From Vibrio vulnificus CMCP6 (GTDB lineage Bacteria > Pseudomonadota > Gammaproteobacteria > Enterobacterales > Vibrionaceae), in assembly GCF_000039765.1 (NCBI RefSeq), contig NC_004460.2:660001-692000 (forward strand): 32,000 nt of DNA, written 5' to 3'. Positions 1-9,149 of this stretch are shown here, piece by piece (positions within the stretch are counted from its first letter, which is position 1; every line of letters starts with the position of its first letter). Below the pieces are notes generated by a model. The model ran no database searches. It was given only the letters and a program-made list of their open reading frames with translations, and had not been told where the DNA came from. The position numbers were made by a program, and so were the translations under genes.

Positions 1-1
1 T

Positions 2-214
2 CAAGCGCATCTTGATTTGCAAGGCCAGAAAATGATGCCGATTCACAACAGTACCTTTGATTTAGCAATGCACGATTGGCATGAACCGATGGAAAAAGCG
101 CGACAGATCAGCGAAGAAAAAGGCGTGACGATGATCAGCCCAGAGATTGGTCAGCGCCTTGTGCTTAATGAAGAATCACCACTCAAACCCTGGTGGTTAG
201 AAGATAACGGCTAA
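2..214 (+). CDS. C-terminal end of an MBL-fold (beta-lactamase-like) hydrolase; 5' end lies outside the window
   Basis: The frame is open from base 2 to TAA at 212-214. The tail AHLDLQGQKMMPIHNSTFDLAMHDWHEPMEKA matches the recalled C-terminal pattern of MBL-fold hydrolases (PIH-x-x-TF-L, W-EP). Confidence 0.5.
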   Translation, partial: QAHLDLQGQKMMPIHNSTFDLAMHDWHEPMEKARQISEEKGVTMISPEIGQRLVLNEESPLKPWWLEDNG

Positions 215-337
215 AGCCACACATGGAGGATGCAGGCACACGCGACCAAAGTGACTGCATCGCACCTTAGCCAGCATGCCAAGCGTAAGCAGGGAGTGCT
301 AGGCGTACCAAGCCTCTCTGAAACGCCTTGTATGCCA

Positions 338-826
338 TTATTCTTCAGTAACTTTTTCAAATAAGCCTAATACATCAAAAGGCTTTGAAAAAAAGTCATT
401 CGACAAAATAAACGCTTTGGATTCTTGGTCTAGTGATTCAAAGTTGACTTTTTGAGAATGGTCTACACTAAACGTCAATTTTTCAGTTGATTTTATTAGA
501 TTGATTGTTGTTTCTCTAGAAGAGTTGCTTTTCACATAAAGCAGTACATAGGCCAAATTTTTCTTTTGCTCCAACGTGCATTTTTCCATCGCCAAATAAT
601 TTACGTAGGGCAATATTGAAAAGAAAGAATCCGATTTATCTTTTAAGTATGAAATCGTACTTTCACTTGGCTTGTTTTCTAACGCTATTTTTCTACAATG
701 CTCAATTTTTTCACCTAAGGTTGAAATTGATAAATTCAAGTCAGAATACATTTGATCTTCTATATCCGCTTTTGCAAAAAACGGCAAAAACATCAATAAA
801 AAACCCAAAAACAAAACATTCCTCAT
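338..826 (-). CDS. Hypothetical secreted protein (162 aa) in visibly AT-rich DNA
   Basis: This is the longest ORF in the region. The N-terminus MRNVLFLGFLLMFLPFFAKA looks like a signal peptide. No recognisable family motif. Confidence 0.5.
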   Translation of the reverse strand: MRNVLFLGFLLMFLPFFAKADIEDQMYSDLNLSISTLGEKIEHCRKIALENKPSESTISYLKDKSDSFFSILPYVNYLAMEKCTLEQKKNLAYVLLYVKSNSSRETTINLIKSTEKLTFSVDHSQKVNFESLDQESKAFILSNDFFSKPFDVLGLFEKVTEE

Positions 827-1298
827 AGTTTACACCCATCAGAAATAGCTTTCCAAAATCTGTATTGCTTCCTATCAGAAGTGTGAATTACTGCTTGATA
901 AGTCGCTATATCATATATTTGATTTAACTTAATCGTTTCAAGTTCACGGTTCGATTTTGTTTATTTATTCTTATACATCACAGTTCGAAACACAGATATT
1001 TTTCTGATATAAACTGAACCACTTACATCTTAAATAAACTCACATCAAATACTTTGAATATAAAAATACCACATTGCTATCTAATTAATAGATTTCATTA
1101 ATGATAAATTATATTCAAGATCTCACATCGAAAACTATAACTACAACAGCTGGACACTTTTCCATTTAATATATCCTCTATAAATTTTGAGGATAATATG
1201 TTACTACACTTTAAGGGTGATTATTTGTTAATAAATGCGAATGCGATCGTAAATGCACTTTATTGCATAAATTGCACCTCAACCACCGATAACCTGAC

Positions 1299-1325
1299 CA
1301 ACAAGCCACACAGTGTGGCTTGTTG
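1299..1325 (+). terminator. Near-perfect 27-nt palindrome (CAACAAGCCACAC-A-GTGTGGCTTGTTG) followed by CGTTTTC; terminator-like or insulator hairpin upstream of the CDF promoter
   Basis: Read directly from the sequence. It shares the core AGCCACACA-TGTGGCT with the rhlE terminator at 5405-5427. No upstream gene is assigned to it. Confidence 0.3.
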
Positions 1326-1357
1326 CGTTTTCTGCACGCAACAAATCGTTGACTTAC

Positions 1358-1403
1358 TTTGACAATCAAACTAAATTGATTTTCAAATATTTTGACTATC
1401 AAA
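1358..1403. promoter_or_regulatory. Three operator-like palindromes at about 16-17 bp spacing, just upstream of the CDF-MarR operon
   Basis: TTTGA-CAA-TCAAA at 1358-1370, aTTGA-TTT-TCAAa at 1375-1387 and TTTGA-CTA-TCAAA at 1391-1403. They end 18 bp before the ATG at 1421. Confidence 0.45.
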
Positions 1404-1420
1404 CAAATGGATTTTCTTTT

Positions 1421-2338
1421 ATGTCTGCTTGCTCTCAAAGCCACCGATTTACCACACACAATCAACAGGGTGAAAAACGCACTTTTTACGTTCTTTTACT
1501 CACCCTTTTTACAATGGTGGCGGAAATTGTTGCGGGTACCCTTTACGGCTCCATGGCACTACTGGCTGACGGTTGGCACATGGGGACGCACGCGGCGGCC
1601 TTTTGCATCACCCTCTTTGCGTATCGCTATGCGAAAAAACACGCGCACAGTGCTCGTTTCTCTTTTGGCACGGGGAAAGTCAGCGTGCTTGGTGGTTTTA
1701 CCAGCGCGATTGCTTTAGGAATCGTCGCCTTGCTGATGGTGGTGGAATCGGTTCACCGCCTGTTTAATCCTGAAAGTATTCAATTTAATGAAGCGATCTT
1801 GGTGGCAGTGGTTGGATTATCCGTCAATGTCGCCAGTATGTTCTTGCTGCATGATCACCATCATCACGATCACGGCGATCATCATCATGACCATCACCAC
1901 GAACATGCGCATGAGCACCATCACGACCACAATCTGCGCGCCGCTTATCTTCATGTTTTGGCGGATGCCCTCACTTCAATCTTGGCCATTGCGGCCCTCA
2001 TCATTGGTAAGTTCTACGGCTGGATTTGGCTCGATGCATTGATGGGCATCGTGGGTGCACTGGTGATTGGTAAATGGACCTTCGGACTGGTGAAACAAAC
2101 AGCGCCCATTTTGCTTGACGAAAGCATTGAATCGAATTATATCGAGCAGCTTAAACACGCGTTAAGCCCTTATGCCACCGTGACCGATTTGCATGTGTGG
2201 CGGATCAGCGGCCACCATTACGGCGCGATCATCAGCTTGGTGGATCACAGCAAAACCTCGTATGAGGAATATAAACACATGCTGGAAAAATTTGATAAGA
2301 TTCACCACCTCACGTTGGAACTGCAACCGGCCAAGTAA
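1421..2338 (+). CDS. Cation diffusion facilitator (CDF) divalent-metal efflux transporter, CzcD/ZitB-like, with a long His-rich loop
   Basis: TM-rich protein with LLADGWHMGTH and HVLADALTS motifs (the CDF metal-site HxxxD/DxxxH style). Loop sequence is HDHHHHDHGDHHHDHHHEHAHEHHHDH. I take the start at ATG 1421 (MSACSQ) rather than the track start 1313, which would read through the operator and promoter region. Confidence 0.88.
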   Translation: MSACSQSHRFTTHNQQGEKRTFYVLLLTLFTMVAEIVAGTLYGSMALLADGWHMGTHAAAFCITLFAYRYAKKHAHSARFSFGTGKVSVLGGFTSAIALGIVALLMVVESVHRLFNPESIQFNEAILVAVVGLSVNVASMFLLHDHHHHDHGDHHHDHHHEHAHEHHHDHNLRAAYLHVLADALTSILAIAALIIGKFYGWIWLDALMGIVGALVIGKWTFGLVKQTAPILLDESIESNYIEQLKHALSPYATVTDLHVWRISGHHYGAIISLVDHSKTSYEEYKHMLEKFDKIHHLTLELQPAK

Positions 2339-2754
2339 TGCGAAATTTAGAAAAACTCAATCAAACTCTGACTGAATTCTACGACAAGATGTCTTCGTGG
2401 GAGCAATCGGTGGTGAAAGAAACCGGCTACTCATTGGCGCAAATTCACACCATTGAAGTGCTCGGCTGTCATGGCGCGTTGCGAATGAAAGAACTGGCAG
2501 AAAAGCTTGGCATCACGACAGGCACACTGACGGTGCAGATAGAAAAACTGGTCAAAGCAGAGTTGATTGAGCGCTGCGCACTCCCAGAAGATCGACGTGC
2601 CATCGTGGTCAAGCTAACAGAAGCAGGACAAGTGATTCACCGCCAACACAATCAACTGCATCTTGATTTGGTTCGCGAGCTCACACGCCATATCGACGAA
2701 GAGCAGCAAGCACTGCTGCTCTCTTGTCTTGAGAAGATGAATCAAGAGTTTTGA
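2338..2754 (+). CDS. MarR-family winged-helix transcriptional regulator
   Basis: 138 aa. The segment MKELAEKLGITTGTLTVQIEKLVKAELIERCALPEDRRAIVVKLTEAG is a typical MarR wHTH plus wing (DRR). The ATG overlaps the CDF stop (TAATG), indicating an operon. Confidence 0.85.
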   Translation: MRNLEKLNQTLTEFYDKMSSWEQSVVKETGYSLAQIHTIEVLGCHGALRMKELAEKLGITTGTLTVQIEKLVKAELIERCALPEDRRAIVVKLTEAGQVIHRQHNQLHLDLVRELTRHIDEEQQALLLSCLEKMNQEF

Positions 2755-3161
2755 GGTTTTAGCTCAACCGTATTGCCCTCAGGATCGGAGAGGTAAATGG
2801 AACGGCCAAATCCCTGCGCGCCATAACGATCGGCGAAATCTTCCACCTTCACCCCGTTTTGAATGAGAAAATCGAGAATCTCTTGCTCATCTTTAGGGGT
2901 AATTTGCAAACAGAAATGATCCAGATTTCGCCCTTCTTGCTCGGGCGCTCTGCCGCCTTGTTGCCCGAGCTTGCTGTCCACCGTGACCAGATCAATCAGT
3001 GCACTGCCTGCTCGCAACTGAGTTAAACCAAACTCGGCCACTTCACGCTCAACAACACAACCTAAAATATCGCAATAAAATGCCAGCATCTTGGGCAGAT
3101 CCACCACCCTCAACACAATGTGATCAATCGCTTGCAACTGAATTGGCCTCGCCTTCTCCAT
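2742..3161 (-). CDS. VOC-family (glyoxalase/bleomycin-resistance/dioxygenase fold) protein
   Basis: 139 aa. Contains IDHIVLRVVDLPKMLAFYCDILG, then HFCL, then the RSIYLSDPEGNTVEL pattern typical of VOC proteins. Its 3' end overlaps the marR-like gene by 13 bp (convergent). Confidence 0.8.
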   Translation of the reverse strand: MEKARPIQLQAIDHIVLRVVDLPKMLAFYCDILGCVVEREVAEFGLTQLRAGSALIDLVTVDSKLGQQGGRAPEQEGRNLDHFCLQITPKDEQEILDFLIQNGVKVEDFADRYGAQGFGRSIYLSDPEGNTVELKPQNS

Positions 3162-3190
3162 GACGTTTCTCTCCTTTCGGTTATTTTTAG

Positions 3191-3622
3191 TTATAGCGTG
3201 TAATCGTTTTTCAGATCATTTTCTTGACTAAAGTACTCAACAAATTCGAACTGGAAACCATGATCTTCGAGATAGTAAACGCTCTTGCGATGTGGATGAT
3301 CGCCACCCCAATGATCTAAAGCGTAGCCCGCTAACGCGAGTCGTTCGACCACCGCATCCACATTGGGTACCACGATACCAATATGCTTTACCCCCGTGAA
3401 AGCCGTTGTCCAATTCGCTGCATCCCCCTCTCCACCAGTGCTGATGGCGATATAACTGTGTTCATCGCCAACATGGAACCACTCGATCGCGCGGCCAAAC
3501 CAGTTGTCCAACTTTCCCCCGCCACGCACTCGCCATTCGGGAATCGCACTGGTTAAGAAGTTAATGGTTTTCTGCGCATCAACCACCGACATGTTGGCGT
3601 GTTCTACATAGCTTTTCATCAT
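3191..3622 (-). CDS. VOC/glyoxalase-like domain protein
   Basis: 143 aa. Contains HANMSVVDAQKTINFL, then KHIGIVVPNVDAVVERL, then the YLEDHGFQFEFVEY pattern. Confidence 0.65.
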   Translation of the reverse strand: MMKSYVEHANMSVVDAQKTINFLTSAIPEWRVRGGGKLDNWFGRAIEWFHVGDEHSYIAISTGGEGDAANWTTAFTGVKHIGIVVPNVDAVVERLALAGYALDHWGGDHPHRKSVYYLEDHGFQFEFVEYFSQENDLKNDYTL

Positions 3623-3861
3623 TTTGCTCCTTGCACTTAACTGACAAAGAACAGCCTAAAACCTCAAGTTAAATTGAGGTAAAGCATGAATTTAAAGACG
3701 AAAACAGAAAAGAGAGATTGATCACACAAACTTTCCCAAATGACGGATTTCGAGAAAGGAGAATTATCGGTTGAAGTCCCCCCTTAAAAGCCTCAGAATG
3801 TCGCACTTTTGGCTGATAGCGAAATCGTCGGCCCTGACTTTACTAACATAGAGAATCATAC

Positions 3862-5391
3862 ATGGGTTTTACCTCCTTAGGTCTGTCTGCACCAATCCTT
3901 AAAGCTATTCAGGAAAAAGGCTATGACACCCCTTCTCCCATCCAATTGCAGGCCATCCCTGCTATTTTAGAAGGCAAAGATGTCATGGCGGCGGCACAGA
4001 CAGGAACAGGTAAAACTGCGGGCTTCACGCTGCCTATTCTTGAACGTCTGGCGAAGGGGCCACGTGTGCGTGCAAACCACATTCGTGCGCTTATCTTAAC
4101 GCCGACCCGCGAATTAGCCGCGCAAGTACAAGAAAACGTCTTTATGTACAGCCGCCATTTGGATTTAAACAGTGCAGTGGTGTTTGGTGGTGTGAAAATC
4201 AACCCACAAATGCTGCGCCTGCGTAAAGGTGCTGATGTGTTGGTAGCAACACCAGGCCGCTTGATGGACTTGTACAGCCAAAATGCAGTGAAGTTTGATC
4301 AGCTCGAAGTGCTCATACTGGACGAAGCCGACCGCATGTTGGATATGGGTTTCATTCGTGATATCCGCAAAATTCTGGCTTTGTTGCCTGCAAAACGCCA
4401 AAACCTGCTGTTCTCAGCCACGTTTTCTGACGAAATTCGCGAACTGGCAAAAGGCTTGGTGAACAACCCTATCGAGATTTCAGTTAACCCAGCCAACTCA
4501 ACGGCTCGCACCGTAGAGCAATGCATCTACCCAGCAGACGTAAAGAAAAAACCAGCGATGCTTGCCAAGCTGATTAAAGACGGTGACTGGCAACAAGTAC
4601 TGGTGTTTACTCGCACCAAGCATGGCGCAAACCGCCTCGCGGCTTTCCTTACCGATCAAGGCCTGACTGCCGCTGCTATCCACGGCAACAAGAGCCAAGG
4701 TGCACGTACCAAAGCGTTGGCGGATTTTAAATCAGGCGAGGTTCGCGTATTGGTAGCAACCGACATCGCCGCACGCGGTATCGACATTCCTCAGCTTCCT
4801 CAAGTCGTGAACTTTGAGCTTCCAAAAGTGGCGGAAGATTACGTACACCGCATTGGCCGTACTGGCCGCGCCGGTGAAACGGGTAAGGCAATTTCTCTAG
4901 TATGTGCGCTCGAAGCGCCTGAATTGTTTGCCATTGAGCGTTTGATTCAAGAACTGCTACCTCGTAAAGCGCTGGAAGGTTACGCACCAACCAACGCAGT
5001 ACCAGAGTCTAAACTGGATACGCGCCCAATTAAGCCGAAAAAACCGAAGAAGCCAAAGAAACCGAAAGCACCTAATGCGGAAGCAGCAGGCAGTGATGCG
5101 AGCAGCAAAGGCAACCAAAAGGCGAAAGCTGCAGACAAACCTCAAGGGCAAAACCGTGGCAATGGCAAAGCCAAACGTCAGTTCTCTGCACCAAAAGAAG
5201 GTAACAACGATTCAACCAACAAAGGTAAGAGACCAAATACAAAGGGCTCGAAACCTGCGAACAACGCGAATGGCAAAACAAACGGCAAGCCAAGTCACGC
5301 CAAACCAAACAGCGCGAAAACTGGTAACAGCAAGCCTGCCAATGGCAAGCCATCGGCTCAACGTCGTAAGCCACGTCCACAAAGCGCTTAA
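3862..5391 (+). CDS. rhlE: DEAD-box ATP-dependent RNA helicase RhlE with a long basic low-complexity tail
   Basis: Q-motif region (GYDTPSPIQ), Walker A (AQTGTGKT), PTRELA, DEAD (LDEADRM), SAT, then [10 protein letters not shown]. The C-terminal ~130 aa are K/N/P/G-rich ([11 protein letters not shown]...). Confidence 0.92.
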   Translation: MGFTSLGLSAPILKAIQEKGYDTPSPIQLQAIPAILEGKDVMAAAQTGTGKTAGFTLPILERLAKGPRVRANHIRALILTPTRELAAQVQENVFMYSRHLDLNSAVVFGGVKINPQMLRLRKGADVLVATPGRLMDLYSQNAVKFDQLEVLILDEADRMLDMGFIRDIRKILALLPAKRQNLLFSATFSDEIRELAKGLVNNPIEISVNPANSTARTVEQCIYPADVKKKPAMLAKLIKDGDWQQVLVFTRTKHGANRLAAFLTDQGLTAAAIHGNKSQGARTKALADFKSGEVRVLVATDIAARGIDIPQLPQVVNFELPKVAEDYVHRIGRTGRAGETGKAISLVCALEAPELFAIERLIQELLPRKALEGYAPTNAVPESKLDTRPIKPKKPKKPKKPKAPNAEAAGSDASSKGNQKAKAADKPQGQNRGNGKAKRQFSAPKEGNNDSTNKGKRPNTKGSKPANNANGKTNGKPSHAKPNSAKTGNSKPANGKPSAQRRKPRPQSA

Positions 5392-5404
5392 CGGTTAAAA
5401 CGAC

Positions 5405-5436
5405 AAGAGCCACACATTGTGGCTCTTCTCTTATTC
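5405..5436. terminator. Bidirectional rho-independent terminator between rhlE and the convergent 135-aa gene
   Basis: AAGAGCCACA-CAT-TGTGGCTCTT hairpin followed by a T-rich run. Confidence 0.7.
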
Positions 5437-5455
5437 CAATCCCCGTCATCCCAGC

Positions 5456-5863
5456 TTACAAACCCTCAGCAGAAAAACGTGCACTCCTTGCTTGTGATAA
5501 GCTGCAGTGCGTTTGCGACATCAACTCCGCCAAGGTAATCGCCGGATTTTCCATCACCAAACGCTGTAATTTGTCTTCCAGTGGCTCCAGCTTCTCACTG
5601 TGTGAAGCCAACGCCAATTGCATTTTTTTGACTAAATAGCTGGCCGAGTTTTCTTCCAAGCGCCTTACTTGGTCATAAAACGCCTGAAGTGCTAAGGCTT
5701 CGCCAGCAATTTGCCAATGGCGAGATCGACGAACGCGCTTAAGTTCACAACCATGATCCGCCGCCACGCTTTTCAAGTGCTTTGTCGTCTCCCCACCAAT
5801 ACGATGAATCAAGGACGGCAAAGCAATCACCACGAGTTGTTCATTCACGGGCTTAGCTTTCAT
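5456..5863 (-). CDS. Hypothetical protein (135 aa), possible C-terminal HTH-like segment
   Basis: Clean ORF with no competing frame. The segment NPAITLAELMSQTHCSLSQARSARF resembles an HTH. I cannot assign a family with confidence. Confidence 0.5.
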   Translation of the reverse strand: MKAKPVNEQLVVIALPSLIHRIGGETTKHLKSVAADHGCELKRVRRSRHWQIAGEALALQAFYDQVRRLEENSASYLVKKMQLALASHSEKLEPLEDKLQRLVMENPAITLAELMSQTHCSLSQARSARFSAEGL

Positions 5864-5899
5864 GTTTTTAGGATCCTTGCCCAGATTACAGTGACACCA

Positions 5900-6523
5900 T
5901 TATTGGCTTTGCTTCCACCACAAATACAAACCTTCAATATCTGCCGAGCACATCAAGGCCATGCATTGGCCAAGCTGTTCATCTGACCATTGCCACCATT
6001 GCATTTCTTGCAGCATCTCAATCTCTTGGGGAGAAAAACGAAATTTGATGTGTTTAGCAGGGTTTGAACCCACTACCTCATAAGGTGCCACATCTTTGGT
6101 CACCACCGCGCGACTGGCGATTATCGCGCCATCTCCAATCGTCACACCTGGCATGATCATCGCTTCCGAGCCAATCCATACATCGTGACCAATGCGCGTA
6201 TCCCCAGCTCTTACAAAGCCATCTTTCGCTTCTGAAAAGTTAGGATTTTGTTGGTAGAAGAAAGGAAAAGTGCTGACCCAATCCGTTCTATGGCCTTGGT
6301 TTCCTGCCATCATGAACACCGCGCCTGAGCCAACTGAGCAAAAGCTACCGATAATCAGCTTGTCCACATCATTTCGCTCTGGATTTAGGTAACGCACGCA
6401 ATCATCAAAACCGTGGCCATGATAATAGCCAGAGTAGTAGCTATGCCGTCCAACGATGATATTAGGATTGGTAATTTGCTCTTGGATAGGCTTACCCGAA
6501 AATGGACTGTCAAAGTAATTCAT
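5900..6523 (-). CDS. catB: Type B (xenobiotic acetyltransferase, hexapeptide-repeat) chloramphenicol O-acetyltransferase-like protein
   Basis: Long blocks are collinear with recalled CatB proteins: SPFxGK, [28 protein letters not shown], [31 protein letters not shown], [17 protein letters not shown], NPAKxI. Confidence 0.85.
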   Translation of the reverse strand: MNYFDSPFSGKPIQEQITNPNIIVGRHSYYSGYYHGHGFDDCVRYLNPERNDVDKLIIGSFCSVGSGAVFMMAGNQGHRTDWVSTFPFFYQQNPNFSEAKDGFVRAGDTRIGHDVWIGSEAMIMPGVTIGDGAIIASRAVVTKDVAPYEVVGSNPAKHIKFRFSPQEIEMLQEMQWWQWSDEQLGQCMALMCSADIEGLYLWWKQSQ

Positions 6524-6533
6524 CTTGTTCTCG

Positions 6534-6896
6534 TTATTTCATCTCACTGTGGTATTCGCTAAGTTGGTAACGTACCTTACCCGCTTCTTCCAGTGTAAAA
6601 ATCCAGACACTATTGTCCGATTCAAATCGATATTGATATGCGGTCTCTAAAGGCTGTAGCTGGCTAAGAAACTGCGCCATTTCTTTCTCTGCAATGACAA
6701 ACGAACCTTGAGAGGTGTTGCTGTCCAGATCATTCGCCACCTCAATTTGCGTGGTCGACACAGGCAGAACATCTGGCAGCCACCCTCTTTCAAAGAGTTG
6801 ATCCGCTTGAGCCTGCTGGTAATTATCATAGTGGCTTTGAACTATATCAGAGCAGCCCGCTAAAACGAGGAGCAAAAGAAGAAAACGCACTTTCAT
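6534..6896 (-). CDS. Hypothetical lipoprotein, probably co-transcribed with the catB-like gene
   Basis: [17 protein letters not shown] is a signal peptide with a lipobox (LAGC). It lies 10 bp upstream of the catB-like start. An alternative start is at 6908 (MDRPMKV...). Confidence 0.6.
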   Translation of the reverse strand: MKVRFLLLLLVLAGCSDIVQSHYDNYQQAQADQLFERGWLPDVLPVSTTQIEVANDLDSNTSQGSFVIAEKEMAQFLSQLQPLETAYQYRFESDNSVWIFTLEEAGKVRYQLSEYHSEMK

Positions 6897-7085
6897 TGGT
6901 CTATCCATTTATTTCAGTGATAATAAGCGAGCAAAAATCGCCAAAACATTCAGCGAAATTGTATAAGAAAAACGACTTGGCGTTTGTACCGCTCTGTCAA
7001 AGATTGGTAAGAACTAAACTGCTTTTCTCTATTGGTAATAAGGCGTACAGTGCCAACGCGTTTAAAAACAATGAGGAAGATTAGC

Positions 7086-7592
7086 ATGGCACTATTGTGT
7101 GAAACCGAGCGTTTGATTATTCGCCATTTTGAGCTTAGTGACAGCGATTTCATCATCCAACTGCTCAACCAAGCGTCGTTTATTCGCTACATTGCTGATA
7201 AAAACGTGCGCACCACCGAAGATGCGATTCAATACCTCACCAACGGCCCCATCGCCAGCTACCAACACTACGGCTTTGGTTTAAGCATGGTGGTGCTCAA
7301 AGCGTGTGGCACGCCCGTTGGCATGTGTGGCGTGCTAAAACGACCAGAGTTGGAACACCCAGATCTCGGCTACGCGTTTTTAGAAAAACATTGGCGCCAA
7401 GGCTATGCAGAAGAAGCCGCCAAAGCAGTATTGGCAGACGCTTTTGAACGGTATCAGTTGGAGCAGATTTTGGCCGTCACGCTACCAGACAACCAAGCCT
7501 CCAATGGATTATTGCAAAAACTCGGCTTTAGCCAACTTGGCACTAAAGAACTCTATGGCATGGAGAATAATTTATACGGCATTGTGGGTTAG
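7086..7592 (+). CDS. GNAT-family N-acetyltransferase (RimJ/RimL-like)
   Basis: TERLIIRHFELSD at the N-terminus, then WRQGYAEEAAKAVL (acetyl-CoA pocket style), then NQASNGLLQKLGF. I chose ATG 7086 behind AGGAAG rather than the track start 7032. Confidence 0.8.
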   Translation: MALLCETERLIIRHFELSDSDFIIQLLNQASFIRYIADKNVRTTEDAIQYLTNGPIASYQHYGFGLSMVVLKACGTPVGMCGVLKRPELEHPDLGYAFLEKHWRQGYAEEAAKAVLADAFERYQLEQILAVTLPDNQASNGLLQKLGFSQLGTKELYGMENNLYGIVG

Positions 7593-7648
7593 AGCCTGCG
7601 TTGAGCCATGCCATCATAACCGTTTCAACTTATCCCCTTGAGAAAAGT

Positions 7649-7690
7649 AGAAGGCTTAACTACATGCTTAAGGCCTTCTGATTTGCTTGT
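7649..7690 (+). terminator. Imperfect hairpin terminator after the GNAT gene
   Basis: AGAAGGCTTAA...TTAAGGCCTTCT followed by GATTTGCTTG. Confidence 0.45.
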
Positions 7691-7820
7691 CTTGCCAAGG
7701 AACAAAGATCACAATTATTTAACATTTATCCGCAAACACACTTCTGTCATCCATATTTAACGTGTGAGTAATATTTATAAATAAGAATAATCGCTCTAAC
7801 CTAACTTATGGATAAGAAAG

Positions 7821-9149
7821 ATGAAAATAACGCAGTGGAGTCTGATCCTTACAGGCTTAATCGCAATGCCTGCTCTGGCAGATACCGACGTTTACCTAAC
7901 GAACAACTCTGATCAACCGTTAACCATCCAAGTCAAACACGATGGCAGCGACTTACTCAAATATGGTGATGAATGGCAACAGCATGTGCAAACTCTTGGC
8001 CCTTGGGAGACCAAATCGGTTCTTAGTTTTAACCGCTGGGAAGGAGTGAAAACCAATCATACCTACCGCTTTGAAACCGTGGTCTCTAACCCGAAAGGCG
8101 AAAGTATTTCCCTCAATCAGGTAATGAGGGGGCACTGGTACAACTCTTCGATTCAATATGGGGTTAGCGCAGCCGACGTTAATTTGTCTCTTAAAGATGA
8201 CCGCAATGTCCATCGCTCACCAACTTGGGCGTTTGGGGAACGTGAAGTGGAGTTGGCGTTTAAATCCTCCGCCACCGCTCGTTATGACGATCTTCACTAC
8301 ACCATCACACCAAGCAAGGTCTACGAGGTGGCCGATGACAACGATCAGCATCTTAAGATCATGACATACAACATCTGGGCTCTGCCTGCGATTGCATCCC
8401 ATATTGGTGAGCGTTTTGAGCTCATCCCAGACTATGTTAAAGGCTATGATGTGCTCGCATTACAAGAGGTTTTTGCCAATGGCCGCGATGCTTTTTTGCG
8501 TGAACTGGCCAAAGAGTACCCTTATCAAACCAAAATGTTGGATAAGGATGGCTTTAACATTTATGACGGTGGCGTGATCATTGTCAGCCGCTATCCGATT
8601 GTGAATCAGGCGCAGTTTGTTTTTCCTGATTGCACAGGTACCGATTGTTTTGCCGATAAAGGGGTAAATTACGCTGAAGTGATTAAAGGCGGTGAAGCCT
8701 ATCATGTGTTTGCCACACATACCGCGTCATACGATACCGATACTGCGCGCGACTACCGCCAGCGTCAGTTCAAACAGATGCGCGCCCTCGCTCAGTCATT
8801 AAAGATTCCGGCCAATGAGACCGTGGTATACAGCGGCGACTTCAACGTCAATAAGCGTAAGTTCCCAAGTGACTATCAACAGATGATCGCCAACTTAAGC
8901 GCGATTGAACCGCACTACTCAGGCTACACCGAATCAACATTTGATCCTCGTATCAACAATTTTGCAGGCGAGCCTCTCTCTGGTGGCGAGAACGTGGAAT
9001 ATCTCGACTACGTGATGGTGAGTAACGAGTACGCAGTGAAAGGCGATAACAACAACCATGTAGACATCCCCCGCTCAACGGCAGAAAGCTTATGGAAACA
9101 CTATAACCTTTCAGACCACTTCCCAGTTTCTACCGTGATCAAGCCATGA
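7821..9149 (+). CDS. Secreted sphingomyelinase-C-like enzyme of the endonuclease/exonuclease/phosphatase (EEP) superfamily, with an N-terminal ~180-aa domain of unknown function
   Basis: Signal peptide MKITQWSLILTGLIAMPALA. EEP landmarks are MTYNIWALP, VLALQEVF, GDFNV and the C-terminal NLSDHFPV. Confidence 0.78.
   Translation: MKITQWSLILTGLIAMPALADTDVYLTNNSDQPLTIQVKHDGSDLLKYGDEWQQHVQTLGPWETKSVLSFNRWEGVKTNHTYRFETVVSNPKGESISLNQVMRGHWYNSSIQYGVSAADVNLSLKDDRNVHRSPTWAFGEREVELAFKSSATARYDDLHYTITPSKVYEVADDNDQHLKIMTYNIWALPAIASHIGERFELIPDYVKGYDVLALQEVFANGRDAFLRELAKEYPYQTKMLDKDGFNIYDGGVIIVSRYPIVNQAQFVFPDCTGTDCFADKGVNYAEVIKGGEAYHVFATHTASYDTDTARDYRQRQFKQMRALAQSLKIPANETVVYSGDFNVNKRKFPSDYQQMIANLSAIEPHYSGYTESTFDPRINNFAGEPLSGGENVEYLDYVMVSNEYAVKGDNNNHVDIPRSTAESLWKHYNLSDHFPVSTVIKP

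Noticed and set aside
1211-1718. Track ORFs 1211-1465 (-), 1392-1718 (+) and 1573-1767 (+), which overlap the CDF gene and its promoter
   Set aside because: They are shadow or alternative-frame ORFs of the strongly supported CDF transporter frame. They have no motifs, and their composition is R/W/C-rich, typical of out-of-frame reading.
2742-2754. 13-bp overlap of the 3' ends of the convergent MarR and VOC genes, considered as a possible regulatory antisense arrangement
   Set aside because: Short convergent overlaps are common and need no special explanation. No terminator or other structure is visible that would suggest a dedicated mechanism.
3660-3682. Palindrome ACCTCAA-GTTAAA-TTGAGGT in the divergent VOC/rhlE intergenic region
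   Set aside because: It is a real 7-bp inverted repeat, but single-copy. There is no adjacent regulator gene and no way to assign a function from the sequence.
5020-5391. Repetitive AAACC/AAGCC-type DNA that could be taken for a tandem repeat or array
   Set aside because: It is in frame with rhlE and encodes the basic [11 protein letters not shown] / NGK low-complexity tail common to RhlE-type helicases. It has no spacer-repeat architecture.
3921-5449. Numerous minus-strand and alternative-frame ORFs inside rhlE, for example 3921-4202, 4165-4401, 4299-4526, 5072-5449 and 5075-5398
   Set aside because: All lie within the well-supported DEAD-box helicase frame. Their Cys/Arg/Trp-rich composition indicates non-coding frames.
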